Source: Isurus oxyrinchus (lineage: Eukaryota). From it: a DNA stretch of 64,000 nt. Both the position numbers and the translations under genes were made by a program. The notes beneath the pieces were generated by a model. The model was not told where the DNA came from. It ran no database searches and worked only from the letters and a program-made list of their open reading frames with translations. Below are positions 25,313 to 37,910 of this stretch, piece after piece; position 1 is the stretch's first letter, and the number at the start of each line of letters is the position of its first letter. The stretch lies in contig JANJGN010000013.1 in assembly GCA_026770705.1 (NCBI GenBank), positions 138,880,001-138,944,000 of the forward strand, written 5' to 3'.

Positions 25313-25639
25313 CTTGTGCAAAAAATTGCTTCATGATTTCACTCTGGCTTGGCCTTACTTTTTAAGACCATGCTCTGCTGTTCTGGATTCCACCCCCAGA
25401 GCAAATAATTTATTTGATTCAATCCTAGTGAATCCCTTCGTCATTGGAAGTATCTCACTTGGAATTCCCTCAACCTTCTAAAATTAAGGGAGTATAAGCC
25501 AAGTTTATACAAGCCACATTAATTGAGATGTGATTTATCATCAGCTGTAGAGAATCTCATTATTCTAATCAAAGGAAACTGTAGAAGAGTTCTAAATAAA
25601 TTTAGGACAAGATTACCTAGTGAACAGAAGTGTGGGACT

Positions 25640-25770
25640 ACATTCACCACATGAACTGCAGCGGTTAAAGAGGACAGCTCACCATCACTTTCTCGAGGAC
25701 AATTAGGAATGGGCAATAAATGCTGACCTTGCAAACAACCCTCACATCCCGTGAATGAATAAATATAAAA
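25640..25770 (+). mobile_element. 3' tail of CR1-clade LINE (same family as 27306-29170)
   Basis: ACTGCAGCGGTT..CAGCTCACCA..GGGCAATAAATGCTG..CACATCCCGTGAATGAATAAA. Confidence 0.75.
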
Positions 25771-27099
25771 GATCCTCTTGTGCACTCGGGCAACAAGGTC
25801 CTCAATATGTTTCTGAAAAATGGGTTTACCATTTCACATCACGTAGCGTACAGAAGAAAACTTCCCTCTGGTTATGAGCAATTTGCTTGTAATTCTCACA
25901 CTATTGTATTGAACAAGACCTCCCATTTGCATGCACCTGATAGCAGTAATTGGTTTAACTAGATAAGGAAATTGGACAAATCACTAACAAAAGGAGCTCC
26001 TCACAAAGCATGATAAAGGAGCAGTAAGTGACAGGAAGGGACAGATTGAGATTCAGCAGATATTTGAATTATTATGGGTTATACGTTCTGGCCAAGGTAC
26101 GCATCAAGAGAACAATTCAGATGTTTGAAAACTGACAACTTATTGAGAAAATTATTCACTATTGTCATACTTCTTGATGGGGGTGGAGTTGCGACATCAT
26201 TTGGGTGATAGGATCTCTGTGTTAAATGTCACAACACCAATAAATTAGAGAAAATGATAGATTCATTGCTTCTCACGTGTCTGTTCATATTAGGGTCTCA
26301 CAGATGGTTTGAGTCTCAGAAAGAGCCCGTCTTTCATTCAGTATGTTATCTAAGCATTTGATGAGACACACAAAAAAATGTTTTATTCATTGATTTTCTG
26401 ATGTGATAATACAATAGGTTAATTTTACCCAGGAATCATAATGTGAAAAATGCATTGAAATCTTTAGAAATGCACTTAATTCAGAACCAGATTTAATAAG
26501 ATTGTGAGGTCATTCAACTGAGGAAGCAATCTACATCAGGCTTGCATTCAGATTTTCCACACCGCAACCTACTCTATCTCATTCTCACTAAGGCTTACAA
26601 GAGTTTGGAACCACTCCCAGTTTTCCCCTTATCAACAACAACTTAGCAAAATCTCTCAAATTGACGTATTGGGGAGGTGATTGGGTACCAGCAGATACTC
26701 AGTGACAAACAATAATGTGCATTAATTATTTTTTATTCTTCCACGGGATGTGGGTGAGATAAACTGAGCCAGCTTCAAAGTCGGGCGAGGTTATGGAAAT
26801 AGAAATAGACGGTTTTAGTAATTGCAGATATGTGGTAAGAAGCTCATCTGGCTTCGTCAATATTTGAAATAGCAATTGCCATTAAATAGATAAAACTTGC
26901 CATTATTTGCCATGCAAGTCTGAGTTTGGCTTACAGGAAAGATGTCACAATTCGGCCTTGAGCTCATGAGTTATGAATCTCCTCAGTTTCCATTGCTACT
27001 GACCACACCTAAAAGGAAAAAAAAACATTATGGTTACTTAATTCAACTCTGACTGGGAAACAGTCCTAAAGATTAATATCATTACATGAGAAAGATGAC

Positions 27100-29378
27100 A
27101 CAGAAACAGGCCATTCAGCCCAACCTGTCCACACTGGTGTTTATGCTCCACTCGAGCCCCCTTTCATCTTTTCTCATCTAAATCTACCATTATAACCCGT
27201 TATTTCCTTCTCCCTCATATGGTTGTGTCGCTTCCTCTTAAATGCATTTATACTATTTGCTTATACTATTCGCTTTAACCAGTCCCAGTGTTGGCAAGTT
27301 CCCCACAGGACTACTTATGAGCCAAATAGCATAAGCAGCAAGTGATAGACAGAGCTAAGCAATCCCACAACCAACAGATCTAAGCTCTGCAGTCCTGCCA
27401 CATCCTGCCACTGTGGACAATTAAATAACTCACTAGAGGAGGACGCTCCACAAATATCACCAACCTTAAAGATAGGGGAGCCCAGCACATCAGTGCAAAA
27501 GATAACGCTGAAGTATTTGCTACAATCTTCAGCCAGAAGTGCTGAGTAGATGATCCATCTCAGCCTCCTCCAGAGGTCCCCAGCATCACAGATGTCAGTC
27601 TTCAATGAATTCAATTCACTCCACATGATATCAAGAAACAGCTGAAGGCAATAATACTGAAGACTTGTGCTCCAGAACTTGCTGTGCCCCTAGCCAAGCT
27701 GTTCCAGTACAGCTACAACACAGGCATCTACCAGGCTCTGTGGAAAACTGCCCAGGTATGTCCTGTACACAAAAAGCAGGACAAATCCAAGCCAGCAAAT
27801 TACTGCCCCATCAGTCTATTCTCCATCATCAGTAAAGTAATGGAAGGGGTCATCAACAGTGTTATCAAGCGGCACTTGATTAGCAATAACCTGCTCACTG
27901 ACCTCCAGTTTGGGTTCTGACAGGGCCACTCAGCTCCTGACCTCACTACAACCCTGGTTCAAACATGGACAAAAGTGCTGAACTCCCGAGGTGAGGTGAG
28001 AGTGACTGTCCATGATATCAAGGCCGAATTTGACCAAATGTGGCATCAAGGAGCCCTAGCAAAACTGGAGTCAGTGGGAATCAGGGGGAAAACTCTCTAT
28101 TGGTTGGAGTCATACTTAGCACAAAGGAAGATGGTTGTGGTTGTTGGAGGTCAGTCATCTCAGTTCCAGGACATCACTGCAGGAGTTCCTCAGGGTAGTG
28201 TCCTCAGCCTAACCATCTTCAGCTGCTTCATCAATGACCATCCTTCTAACATAACATCAGAAGTGGGGATGTTCGCTGATGATTGCACAATGTTCAGCAC
28301 CATTCACGACTCCTCAGATACTGAAATGGTCCATGTCCAAATGCAGCAAAACCTGGACAATATCCAGGCTTGGGTGACAATCAGCAAGTAACATTCATGC
28401 CACACAAGTGTCAGGCAATGACCATCTCCAATAAGAGAGAATCTAACCATTGCCCTTTGACATTCAATGACATTACCCTCACTGAAATACCCCACTATCA
28501 ACACCCTGGGGGTTACCATTGACCAGAAACTGAACTGGACTCATCATATAACTACTGTGGCTTCAAGAGCAGGTTAGAGGCTAGGAATCCTGTGATGAGT
28601 AACTCACCCCCGGACTCCCCAAAGCCTGCCCACCATCTTCAAGGCACAAATCACGGGTGTGATGGAACACTCCCCACTTACCTGAATGAGTGTAGCTCTC
28701 ACAATACTCAAGAAGCTTGACACCATCCAGGACAAAGCAGTCCACTTGATCAGCGCCACATCCACAAACATTCACCCCCTCCAACACCAACACACAGTCG
28801 CAGCAGTGTGTACCATCTACAAGATGCGCTGCAGGAATTGACTAAGGCTCCTTAGACAGCACCTTCCAAACCCACAACCACTACCACATGGAAGGAGAAC
28901 AGCAGCAAATAGATGGGAACACCACTACCTGGAAGTTCTCCTCCAGGTCACGCACCATCCTGGCTTGGAAAGATATTGCTCTTCCTTCACTGTCGCTGGG
29001 TAAAAGTCCTGGAACTCCCTCCCTAACAGCATGGTGGGTATATCTACACCACATGGACTGCAGCGGTTCAAGAAGGCAGCTCACCACCACCTTCTCAAGG
29101 ACAACTAGGGATGGGCAATAAATGCTGACCCAGCCAGCGAAGCCCACATCCCGTGAATGAATAAAATAAACACACTCACCACGCTTTGAGTAAAGAAGTT
29201 TCTTCTGAATTCCCTATTGGATTTATTGGTGACTATCTTATATTGATGGCCTCTAGTTAAGCTTTTCCCCAAAAGAGGAAACATTCTCCCTGTTTGCACT
29301 CTTTCAAAACCATACATTATTTTAAAGGCCTCGATTAGGTCACCCCTCAGCCATCTTTTTTCAAGAGAAAAGAGATTC
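27100..29378 (-). mobile_element. CR1 3' fragment split by a second LINE (pieces 27100-27305 and 29172-29378)
   Basis: ORF 29105-29317 MFPLLGKSLTRGHQYKI..RRNFFTQSVV. 3' UTR with CAGGCCATTCAGCCC at about 27107. Confidence 0.75.
27306..29170 (+). mobile_element. CR1-clade LINE, 5'-truncated, decayed RT
   Basis: WKTAQVCPVHKK..NYCPISL..ISKVME..QFGF; DIKAEFD; GVPQGSVL; FADD. Tail GGGCAATAAATGCTG...GTGAATGAATAAA. Confidence 0.92.
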
Positions 29379-29759
29379 TCACATCATTTATCTCCCTATT
29401 ATTTATGGGACTTTGCTATACACAAACCGGCTGCTGTATTTCTGCCCATAGTTCAAAAATGCTCTCTTGCTTGTAAAGAGCTTTCGGGACATTCTGAGTT
29501 CATGATAGACGCTGTATAAATACAATTCTCTCTGTTTATTCCCTACCCCTTGGTGCAGAGACAACTAGGCTCACCTGCCAGTTACATTTTAATATTGACA
29601 GAGAGCCTACAGGTCCGTGTAAATTTAAGTTTAAAATGCCCCTGAATGGATCAAAGGACAGGCTGGGTTACTTGTTTTAAATTTGGCTTTGCTCCAGACT
29701 GCAGTTATACTACCTGTCGTATGGAACATTAGCAAAAAGGTGAAAATACCTTCAGGTTT

Positions 29760-30362
29760 TCTTTTGCAGTCATGACTCAGGGTTAGATTACAATGTTAAT
29801 GCACACCTGAAATTACTTTGAATTCAAAAAGATTTGGTACATTGGCCTATTAATAATCCCAGTGATTATTACAAAGCTGGTTAGTGGAATTTCAATTGAT
29901 GTTTCTTAATTAGGAAGCCGTGGAAGAAGTTGTCCCATTTAACAAATCATTCATTACATAAAAGCCATGAGTTGGGATCTGAATGAGAAAACAATCAACA
30001 GTAAAGTAATGACTCAATTAACTGCATCTCTGATTAGTAGGAACCAGCACTGAACCAACTGGAATATCAAGGTTTTTTGGAACTCATTTTTTTTTAGGCA
30101 TAGTTGAGACCATTTGCCATTTGTTGCTTTACAAAAACAAGCATTGCTGCGCCTGTATAAAAAGGGCACGTGCTGCCTGGTACTTGTGAAGTATTTGTTC
30201 TCGCCTCACTCCGGTAGCAGGTTGACAATTAAGCTAGTGTCCAAGCTGGAGTGTTGGTGGAGCGAATGCATTTAGCTACATTCTTAAAGAGGCCTTTTCG
30301 CTCTCTTTCTCGACAGCCGATGTTTTTGCGACAGGACTGATCTATGCAGCCTGGTGGTCTAG
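29760..30362 (+). promoter_or_regulatory. Candidate TATA promoter and non-coding first exon
   Basis: AP-1 TGACTCA at 29773 and 30010, TATAAAAA at 30156, E-box CACGTG at 30167, weak donor AG|GTAATC at 30362/30363. Lies in about 1.4 kb of repeat-free DNA. Confidence 0.45.
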
Positions 30363-30954
30363 GTAATCCAGAGGTGGTTAGCTGGGTGGGTCAGTCCAAT
30401 GGAGAGGAAATGCATTTACACTCTTCAAAGTTCCATAGTGGCTTGGAGACGATGACTGGATTAAGATTTCTGAACCAAAAACCAAATAAAAAGCCCAAAT
30501 AATAATCATACCAAGAAATCTAAATTATTGCTCATTAATAAAGAATCTTTTACTTTCATTATTTTTGGCAACACTGAACAGCTATGATCTTTGTGGTCTC
30601 ATTCCATAATCACTCAGACTTTGATACAGCCCTTTAAAGGTCATTCAGCACGTGACTGCTTACTTGAAATTCCCTCTGATTAATGCAAACGGAAAGTCAA
30701 AGCTGATAAGGAAATGTTAGTGGGCTGACCAATCAATGCCCAGCAATAAACCAAGTTATAAGCTGCAGTGTCAATGTTCTACCATTCATTATCACTATTG
30801 CTCTTTGTAATATTTCACTGGAGACCAGTGGATTCATTATTTTTAAAAACACATCTGTAGTATATTGCAAGATCTGAGTTTTTTGATACTTCGCTCTCTC
30901 TGCTGCTGCTGTCTGGTGTAAATGAAGTTAAATCTTAAAATGTGATCTCTTTCC

Positions 30955-31050
30955 CTTCCCTCCCCCCACTACCCCCCACAACCCCACCCCCCCAACCACC
31001 CACCCCCCCCCCCCCCCCCACCCCCACCCCCACCCCCCCTCTCCCCCCTC
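30955..31050. repeat. C-rich low-complexity tract (G4-prone on the minus strand)
   Basis: Runs of C4 up to about 16 separated by single A. Confidence 0.9.
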
Positions 31051-31081
31051 ATAGGTTAAAATGAGATATGCTTTCCGTCTT

Positions 31082-31330
31082 AAAAACAAAAAAACTGCGG
31101 ATGCTGGAAATCCAAAACAAAAAGAGAATTACCTGGAAAAACCCAGCAGGTCTGGCAGCATCGGCGGAGAAGAAAAGAGTCGACGTTTCGAGTCGTCATG
31201 ACCCTTCGACAGAACTTGAGTTCGAACTCAAGTTCTGTCGAAGGGTCATGAGGACTCGAAACGTCGACTCTTTTCTTCTCCGCCGATGCTGCCAGACCTG
31301 CTGAGTTTTTCCAGGTAATTCTGTTTTAGT
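31082..31330. mobile_element. Young PLE insertion forming an about 208-bp spacer-less palindrome
   Basis: Arms 31120-31223 and 31224-31327 centred on GAGTTCGAACTC. 15-bp TSD TATGCTTTC(C/T)GTCTT. Confidence 0.9.
31231..31269 (+). ncRNA. Minimal type I hammerhead ribozyme motif (A6U variant)
   Basis: AGTT-CTGTCGA-A-GGGTC-ATGAG-GACTC-GAAAC-GTC-GACT: stem I, core, stem II, GAAA, palindromic ACGU stem III, GUC cleavage triplet. Confidence 0.65.
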
Positions 31331-31369
31331 TATGCTTTCTGTCTTTCAGTCCAGGACATCTCTTTCACT

Positions 31370-31986
31370 AGGGCCAGAATTTTACATCCCGCAGGCAGGC
31401 ATGTACCTGAAGCCGTCCGGCCTTGAAGCAGCAGGTCCCAGCGTCCCTGCGCGATATCTTGCTCAGCAGGCAGCGCAGCAATTAAGCCCGTTAAGGAGGC
31501 CTTTGAAAGCACCTTTCTCGCAGCCGGTCCATTTTTCCGTTTGGTGGACGGGTCAATCGACCAGGCGACCTTTAAATTTTTGCTCAAACCTCGATCCAGG
31601 GTGGGATGAAATCTCCGTGGGGGAATAAAACAAAACGAGATAGCAAGGGGACTGTTATTTTGAGGTCATGCTTTCAGGTGCTTGATGGTGCTGCACGGAC
31701 ATATTTTGCGGCATTTTTGTTGCTCTGTTTATTCCGTGGAAGTCTGGAGCTCCAGGAGGCAGCTGTCTACCTTCGGGGAGCTCACTGGAACCGCTCACTT
31801 GCGCCCGGGGTGTCGTCAGCACCCACCCTCGCCCCGTCCCCACTGGCAGTGCCGAGCCTCTCTCAGCGCGGGTTTCATGCCGGCCGTTAATTGGCCCGCC
31901 AGCGTGAAATCGCGGTCAGGGGCCTGTTTCCCATCCACTCCCAGGCCTGCCGATGGCATGGGCTCAATGAGTGAAAAGTTCAGGCC
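31370..31986. mobile_element. PIF/Harbinger-type MITE
   Basis: Termini GGGCCAGAATTTT / AAAAGTTCAGGCC. CpG-rich interior shared with 5030-6023 and 33161-33530. Confidence 0.7.
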
Positions 31987-32284
31987 TGTAGTATTCTGCC
32001 TTTGACTTTCTCATGTAGCGACAGGCAGTTTCTAACTACTGTTAACATGGTGACTCAGCAAATTAGCCTCATAAACCAGGAGAGGTATTTAGGAAGAGTA
32101 ATAGACCATTCGGCCCCTCAAGCCTGTTCCACCATTTAACTGGAGCATGGCTGATCAGTACTCAAATGGTTTAATACCAGTCTTGGTAACATGTACGTTC
32201 TGTAACCATGGAAATATTTGTCAGTGAAGATAACAAAATGAAGAACAGAAGTAATTATTATCAAGTGCTGTGTTCAAATAACTA

Positions 32285-35008
32285 GGGCTGTAGAAAGGGC
32301 TTTAAACTAAATAGGTGGGGGCTAGGGTTCTGTAGAGGGGATACACAGGCTTAAAAAGCAAAAGGATATAGCAGCATTGCAGGGCAGCTATTTAGGCAGG
32401 GACGCCCCGAGTGCGACAGGAAGGGGCAGAGCATACATACAAAAACAAAGCAGCAAATAGGGTCAAAGGGGGAAAAAATGGTAAAAAGGCAGAAGTAATG
32501 GCTCTTTACTTAAACGCATGCGGTATTCAGAACAAAATAAATGAATTAATGGCACAAATAGAGGTTAATGAGTATGATCTTATAATTATTATGGAAACGT
32601 GGCTACAAGGAGATCAAAGCTGGGAACTAAATATTCAGGGGTATGTAACCTTTCAAAAGGACAGACAGGAAGGAAAGGGTGGTGGGGTAGCTTTGTTAGT
32701 ATGAGATGGAATAAGTACAATAGCAAGAAATGATCTTGGATCAGAAGTTGTAGAATCCATATGGGTGGAGGTAAGAAATAACAAGGGGAAGAAGACACTG
32801 GTGGGAGTGGTCTATAGGCCCCCTAACAGTAGCTATAGGACAGAGGATAGGACAGAGAATAAATCAGAAGGTAATGGGGGCATGTAAAAAAGGCAGTACA
32901 TTAAACATGGATGACTTTAATCTTTCTGTAGATTAGGAAAATCAAATTTCCAGAAGACATGAGCAAGAATTCATAAGAGTGTATTCAGGACAGTTCCCTA
33001 CAACAATATGTTGTGGATCCAACCAGGGATCAGGCTATTTTGGATCTAGTAATGTGTAATGAGGCAGGTTTAATAAATGATCTCAGAGTAAAAGATCCCC
33101 AAGGAAACAGTGACCATAACATGGTAGAATTTAACATTCAGTTTGAGAGTGAGAAACTTGGGGCAGAATTTTTCCCTTGGTGGGCAGGCTCGGTGGGGAC
33201 AGGCAGGGATGAGCAAGAGGGTGACCGCCGCCTGCAATCGGCACCACACCGCGATTTCACACTGGCCCGCCAATTGAGGCCGCCCAGCATGAAACGCAAA
33301 CGGCAGCGCTGAGTGTTGCCAGCGCAGGGGGAGCAGGGCTGGGGCCGGGGGGTGGGGTCGGGGAGGGGGGGGGGGGGGGGTGGTGTGCCAGCCGAGTGTG
33401 AGTTTGGTGCATGCATGCGAGTGAGCACTGCACAATCTCTCGGAGGCACGGTGCTGCCTCAGGGAGACAATGAGATTTTTTTTTAATTTAAAAAGTAAAA
33501 TTGTAATAAAACATCCCCCCTCATGTGACTCTGTCTATATTCTGGAAAAGTCCCAGGGGATTGGAAGACTGCCAATGTAACACCCTTATTCACAAAGGGA
33601 GGGAGATAACAAAACAGGTAACATCCATCATTGGGAAAATGTTAGAGTCTATTATAAAGGATGTAATAGCAGAGCATTTAGAAATAAATAATATAATCAA
33701 GCAGAGTCAGCATGGCTTCATGAAGGAGAAATCATGCCTGACAAATTTATTAGAATTCTTTGAGGAGGTAACAAGCAGAATAGAGAAAGGGGAACCAGTA
33801 GATGTAATATATTTGGATTTCTAAAAGGTGTTCAATAAGGTACCACACATAAGGCTACTTAATAAGATAAGAGCCTGTGGTGTTGGGGTAGTATTTTAGC
33901 ATGGATCAAGGATTGGCTAATTAATAGAAGACAGAGAGTCAGAATAAGGGGAACATTTTCAGGATGACAACCTGTAACTAGTGGAGTGCCACAGGGATCA
34001 GTGCTGGGGCCACAATTATTTACAATGTATATTAATCACTTGGATGAGGGAAGTGACTATACTATCGTCAAGTTTGCTGATGACACAAAAATAGGTAGGA
34101 AGGCAAGTAGTGAGGATGACACAAAGAATCTACAGAGGGATATAAACAGGTTAAGTTAGTGGGCAAAAATTTGGCAAATGGAATATAATGTGGGAAAATG
34201 TGAGGTTGTGCATTTTGGCAGGAAGAATTGAGGAACTGAATATTATTTAAATGGAGAAAGACTGCAGAAAGCTGCAGCACTAAAGGATTTGGGGGTCCTC
34301 ATGCATGAATCACAAAAAGCTAACATACAAGTTCCGCAGGTAATAGGGAAGGCAAATGGAATGTTGGCCTTTATTTCAAAGGGAATGGAATATAAAAATA
34401 GGGAAATCTTGCTAAAACTATGCAAGGCACTAGTTAGACCACACCTAAAATACTGTGAACAGTTTTGGTCCCCTTATCTAAGGAAAGATATACTGGCATT
34501 GGAGGCAGCCTAGAGGAGATTCACTAGGTTGATCCTGGGTATGGAGGGGTTTTCTTATGAGGAGAGGTTGAATAGGTTGGGCCTGTACTCATTGGAGTTT
34601 AGAAGAATAAGAGGCGACCTTATTGAAACATGTAAGTTCCTTAGGGGGCTTGACAGGGTAGATGCTAAGAGGTTGTTTCCCCTTCTGGGAGAGTCTAGAA
34701 CCAGGGGGCTTAATCTCAGAGTACGGGGTCACCCATTTAAGTCAGAGATGAGGAGGAATTTCTTCTCTCAGAGGCAGTCAGTCTGTGGAATTCTTTACCA
34801 TAGAGGGCTGGAGAGGCTGGGTGGTTAAGTATATATTCAAGGCTGAGATAGACAGATTTTTAACCAGTAAGGGAATGAAGGTTTATGGGGAAAAGGCAGG
34901 AAAGTGGAGTTGAGGGTTATCAGATCAGCCATGATCTCATTGGATGCAGAGCAGACTTGGTTGGCCAAATGGTCTATTTCTGCTCCTACATCTTACGGTG
35001 TTATGGTG
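32285..35008 (+). mobile_element. CR1 LINE with decayed ORF2 (APE endonuclease + RT) and 3' tail
   Basis: YLNACGIQNK..IIIMETWL..GGGVALLV; PTRDQAILDLV..GNSDH; QHGF..KSCLTNLLEFFE..DVIYLDF; KFADD; LVRPHL.YC. Multiple stops and an internal deletion. Confidence 0.93.
33161..33530. mobile_element. Partial Harbinger-type MITE within the CR1
   Basis: Begins GGGCAGAATTTT. Contains CCGCGATTTCAC.CTGG inverted relative to 31895-31916. Confidence 0.65.
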
Positions 35009-36354
35009 TTCAACTCTTTAGAGATCAGTAGGCTGATTAAGAAAAATACTAGCGACACCAGTATTCTTCTACTCATTGGCCAAATTGAACTCCAGAGACT
35101 AAAATCAAATAAATTGCCTTAAAACCTAAGAATATAAGAAATTGGAGCAAGAGTAGGCCGTAACTGCTCTTGAGCTTGCTCTATCTTTCAATAAGATTGT
35201 GGCTGATCTTTGCCTCAATTCCACTTTCCCATCCCTTTGCGATATCCCTTCATTCCCCAGATGACAGACCAGGTTTGTTATAGATTGTACACCTCAACCT
35301 TTATCTCAGATGCTGAGCCTACTGTGTATTTCCAGAATTTTCTGTCTTAGTTTTACATTGGCAGGATTTACAGTTTTTTAAATCAATTCTTGACAAAATT
35401 ATTGTCACTGCCTCCAGCTTCCTTCCTCTTGACCTGAATAGTCCGATGCTGATTCTTACTGATGTGTGTGTTGGGTGATGGTGAACAGACTTAAACTACT
35501 TCAGTATCAATCTCATGATGATATTTCTCTTCATTTTAGCCTAAATGGCCATCTCTTGCCCTGAGACTCTGAGCACACATTCTAGATTCCCAGATTAGGG
35601 GAAACATTTTCTCAGCCTCTACCCTGTCAGACTCCTTAAGAATTTTACATATTTAAATTAGATCACTTCTCATTCTCCAGCGAATATGAAACTAGCCTAC
35701 TCAATAGGCAATCTCCTCATCCCAGGAACCAGTCTAGTGAACCTTTGTTGCACTCCATCTAGGCCAAGCATGTCCTACCCTCGGTAAGGAAGCCAAAACT
35801 GCACACAGTACTCCCAGATACGCCCTGTATAATTGTAATATAATTGCTCCCTCCCTTTGTTTCTCCCTCACCCTCTTTTACAGTTTATTTCTCTCCTAGT
35901 TTGTTTCCTGTTCCCTCTCTTTTACCAGTTTGTTTCACGTTCTCGCTTGTTTACAGTTCGTTTCTTGTTCCCTCTTGTTTACAGTTTCTTGTCCCCAGTT
36001 TGCCCTTCTCTCTCCCTCCATTTCCTTGTTTGTCTCAGGAGTTTCCGAGACGATTTTCATCAGCCCTGAAGCTGTCATTCTCACAGCCAGCAATGAGCGG
36101 GTGCAGTCCAGCAAGGGCCAGACAACACGGATTGACTGTAAGCTATGGTACTGTACCCTGTGTAAACTGTGCATAAGGACTGTTTCTGCCAAGTCACCAG
36201 CAGCAGTGCTCAGGAAACCAATTTCCCATTCCAGTAAACTCCCGCCCAAAGTGGGAAACTTGGAAACTCTGGAAAACAGCCATAGACTGTCTGGGTACAA
36301 TTTCTATGACCAACTGACAACCAAATAATTACCCAATTTATCAAGTGACCTGCA

Positions 36355-36720
36355 TCCTCCTCTAGAACCTGAGTACATAGCCCAGACAGTGCTGAGTAAG
36401 TGCTGAATTGTCAAAGGTGCCATCCTTTGGATAAAACATTAAACTAACTCCTCAACTGCCTTTGTTAATGTGGGTGTAAAAATGCATTGAAAAGCAAAAG
36501 ATTTTCTCAGTGTCCTGGTCAATATTCTACTCTCACCAATGCAAGCAAAAAGAGCATTATAAAACAAAATTGTTGTTTGTGGGATCTTGTTTGTCAAATG
36601 CCTGTAATGTTTGTCTATGTAGCAGCAGTCAATGCTCATCAAAGAAACCATTGCATGAAAAGCATTTTGAGATGTTTCTGGGAAATGTGATAAGGTATTT
36701 TGTAAAGTCAAGGCTTTCCA
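36355..36720 (+). mobile_element. Old SINE with Deu-like core and L2-like tail
   Basis: GGTGCCATCCTTTGGATAAAACATTAAAC, GTGTCCTGGTCAATATT, TTGTGGGATCTTG, AAAGCATTTTGAGATGT. Confidence 0.55.
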
Positions 36721-36789
36721 CTTTTGTTGAAGATGAATAATAATATTCCTGAAGTTTGAGCAACATTAATACAGAATGAGTCATATTAG

Positions 36790-37190
36790 TTCCAAAATAT
36801 AACAATGCCTTTAATATAATAAAACCTCCCAAGATTCTTCACAGAGCATTATAAAACAAAATTAGACACCAAGGGTCATCAGGAGATTTTAGGGCACATA
36901 ACTAAAAGCTTGGTTAAAGTGCTAGGTTTTAATAAGCATTTTAAAGAGAGGGGGGGAGGTGGAGATGTTTAGGGAGGGAATTCTAGAGCTTAGGGCGTCG
37001 GCAAGTGAACACACGGCCACCGATTGTGGAGCGATTAAAATTGAGAATGCTCAAAAGGCCAGAATTAGAGGAGCACAGATATCTCGGAAGGTTAGGGAGT
37101 TGGTGGATATTACAGAGATAAGGAGGGGCAAGACCATAGAGAGATTTGAAAACAAGGATGAGAATTTTAAAATGATAAAGATGTTGCTTA
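36790..37190 (-). mobile_element. L2 LINE 3' fragment
   Basis: ORF 36983-37216 HFKILILVFKSLYGLAPPYL...IGGRVF (L2 C-terminal motif). Confidence 0.8.
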
Positions 37191-37295
37191 ACAATCCAGA
37201 CGAACTTAATTGGCATAAAGAGAGAAAAAGTATTCTGGAGTTGTCGCAGTTAACAGCTCAGGTAGCTGAACGGAGAATAATTTCTCAATACTCAC

Positions 37296-37466
37296 ATGTA
37301 CAACTTAATGGATTTCGATTTAAAAAGTAGCTTTAATCGCCCGAAGTTTCTTAAGAATTGTAGAAGAGAGGAATTCAGAACATGTGTAATCTCAGCAAAG
37401 TGCAAATACAAGCAAAAAGATTCCATTACGCCAGAGACAATTGATATAATAAATTCAAAGAGTTGC
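37296..37466 (-). other. Candidate internal exon (171 nt)
   Basis: Acceptor TTTTTCCTTTCTTACCAAACGTTCTACAG and donor AT|GTGAGT. Open in one frame (phase 2-2). No recognisable protein. Confidence 0.35.
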
Positions 37467-37910
37467 CTGTAGAACGTTTGGTAAGAAAGGAAAAACTTGC
37501 ATTTTCGCAGCACCTTTCACAGTCTCCCACAGCTTGAAGAAGTTTTTGAAGCATAGTTACAGTTATAATGTAGGGAATTGCAATAGCCAATTTGTACACA
37601 GAAAAATCTCACAAGCCACAATGAACTAAGGGACCAGATAATCTGTTTTGCTGCAATTGTTTAAAGGGAAAATGATAGAAACTCTTGAGAACTCCCCTGT
37701 TCTATCACATCTGAGCTCTCCTCAAACCATAGACAGTTATTTGATTCCGAAACTTCCCTGATTGTTACTTAAGAAATGAGCAGTAAGTGGCAGCAGCTGT
37801 TGAACTTATGGAAAGCTTCAACCCAAGCCCACGCCCAGACTCATCTGATGTCCATCCACGTTCTGTCCAGCAGAGACCACTGGTGTGTCAATTGAAACTG
37901 ACCTGAATTA

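Noticed and set aside
30270-30290. AGCTACATT, miR-221-like
   Set aside because: Only the seed matches. No mature sequence or hairpin.
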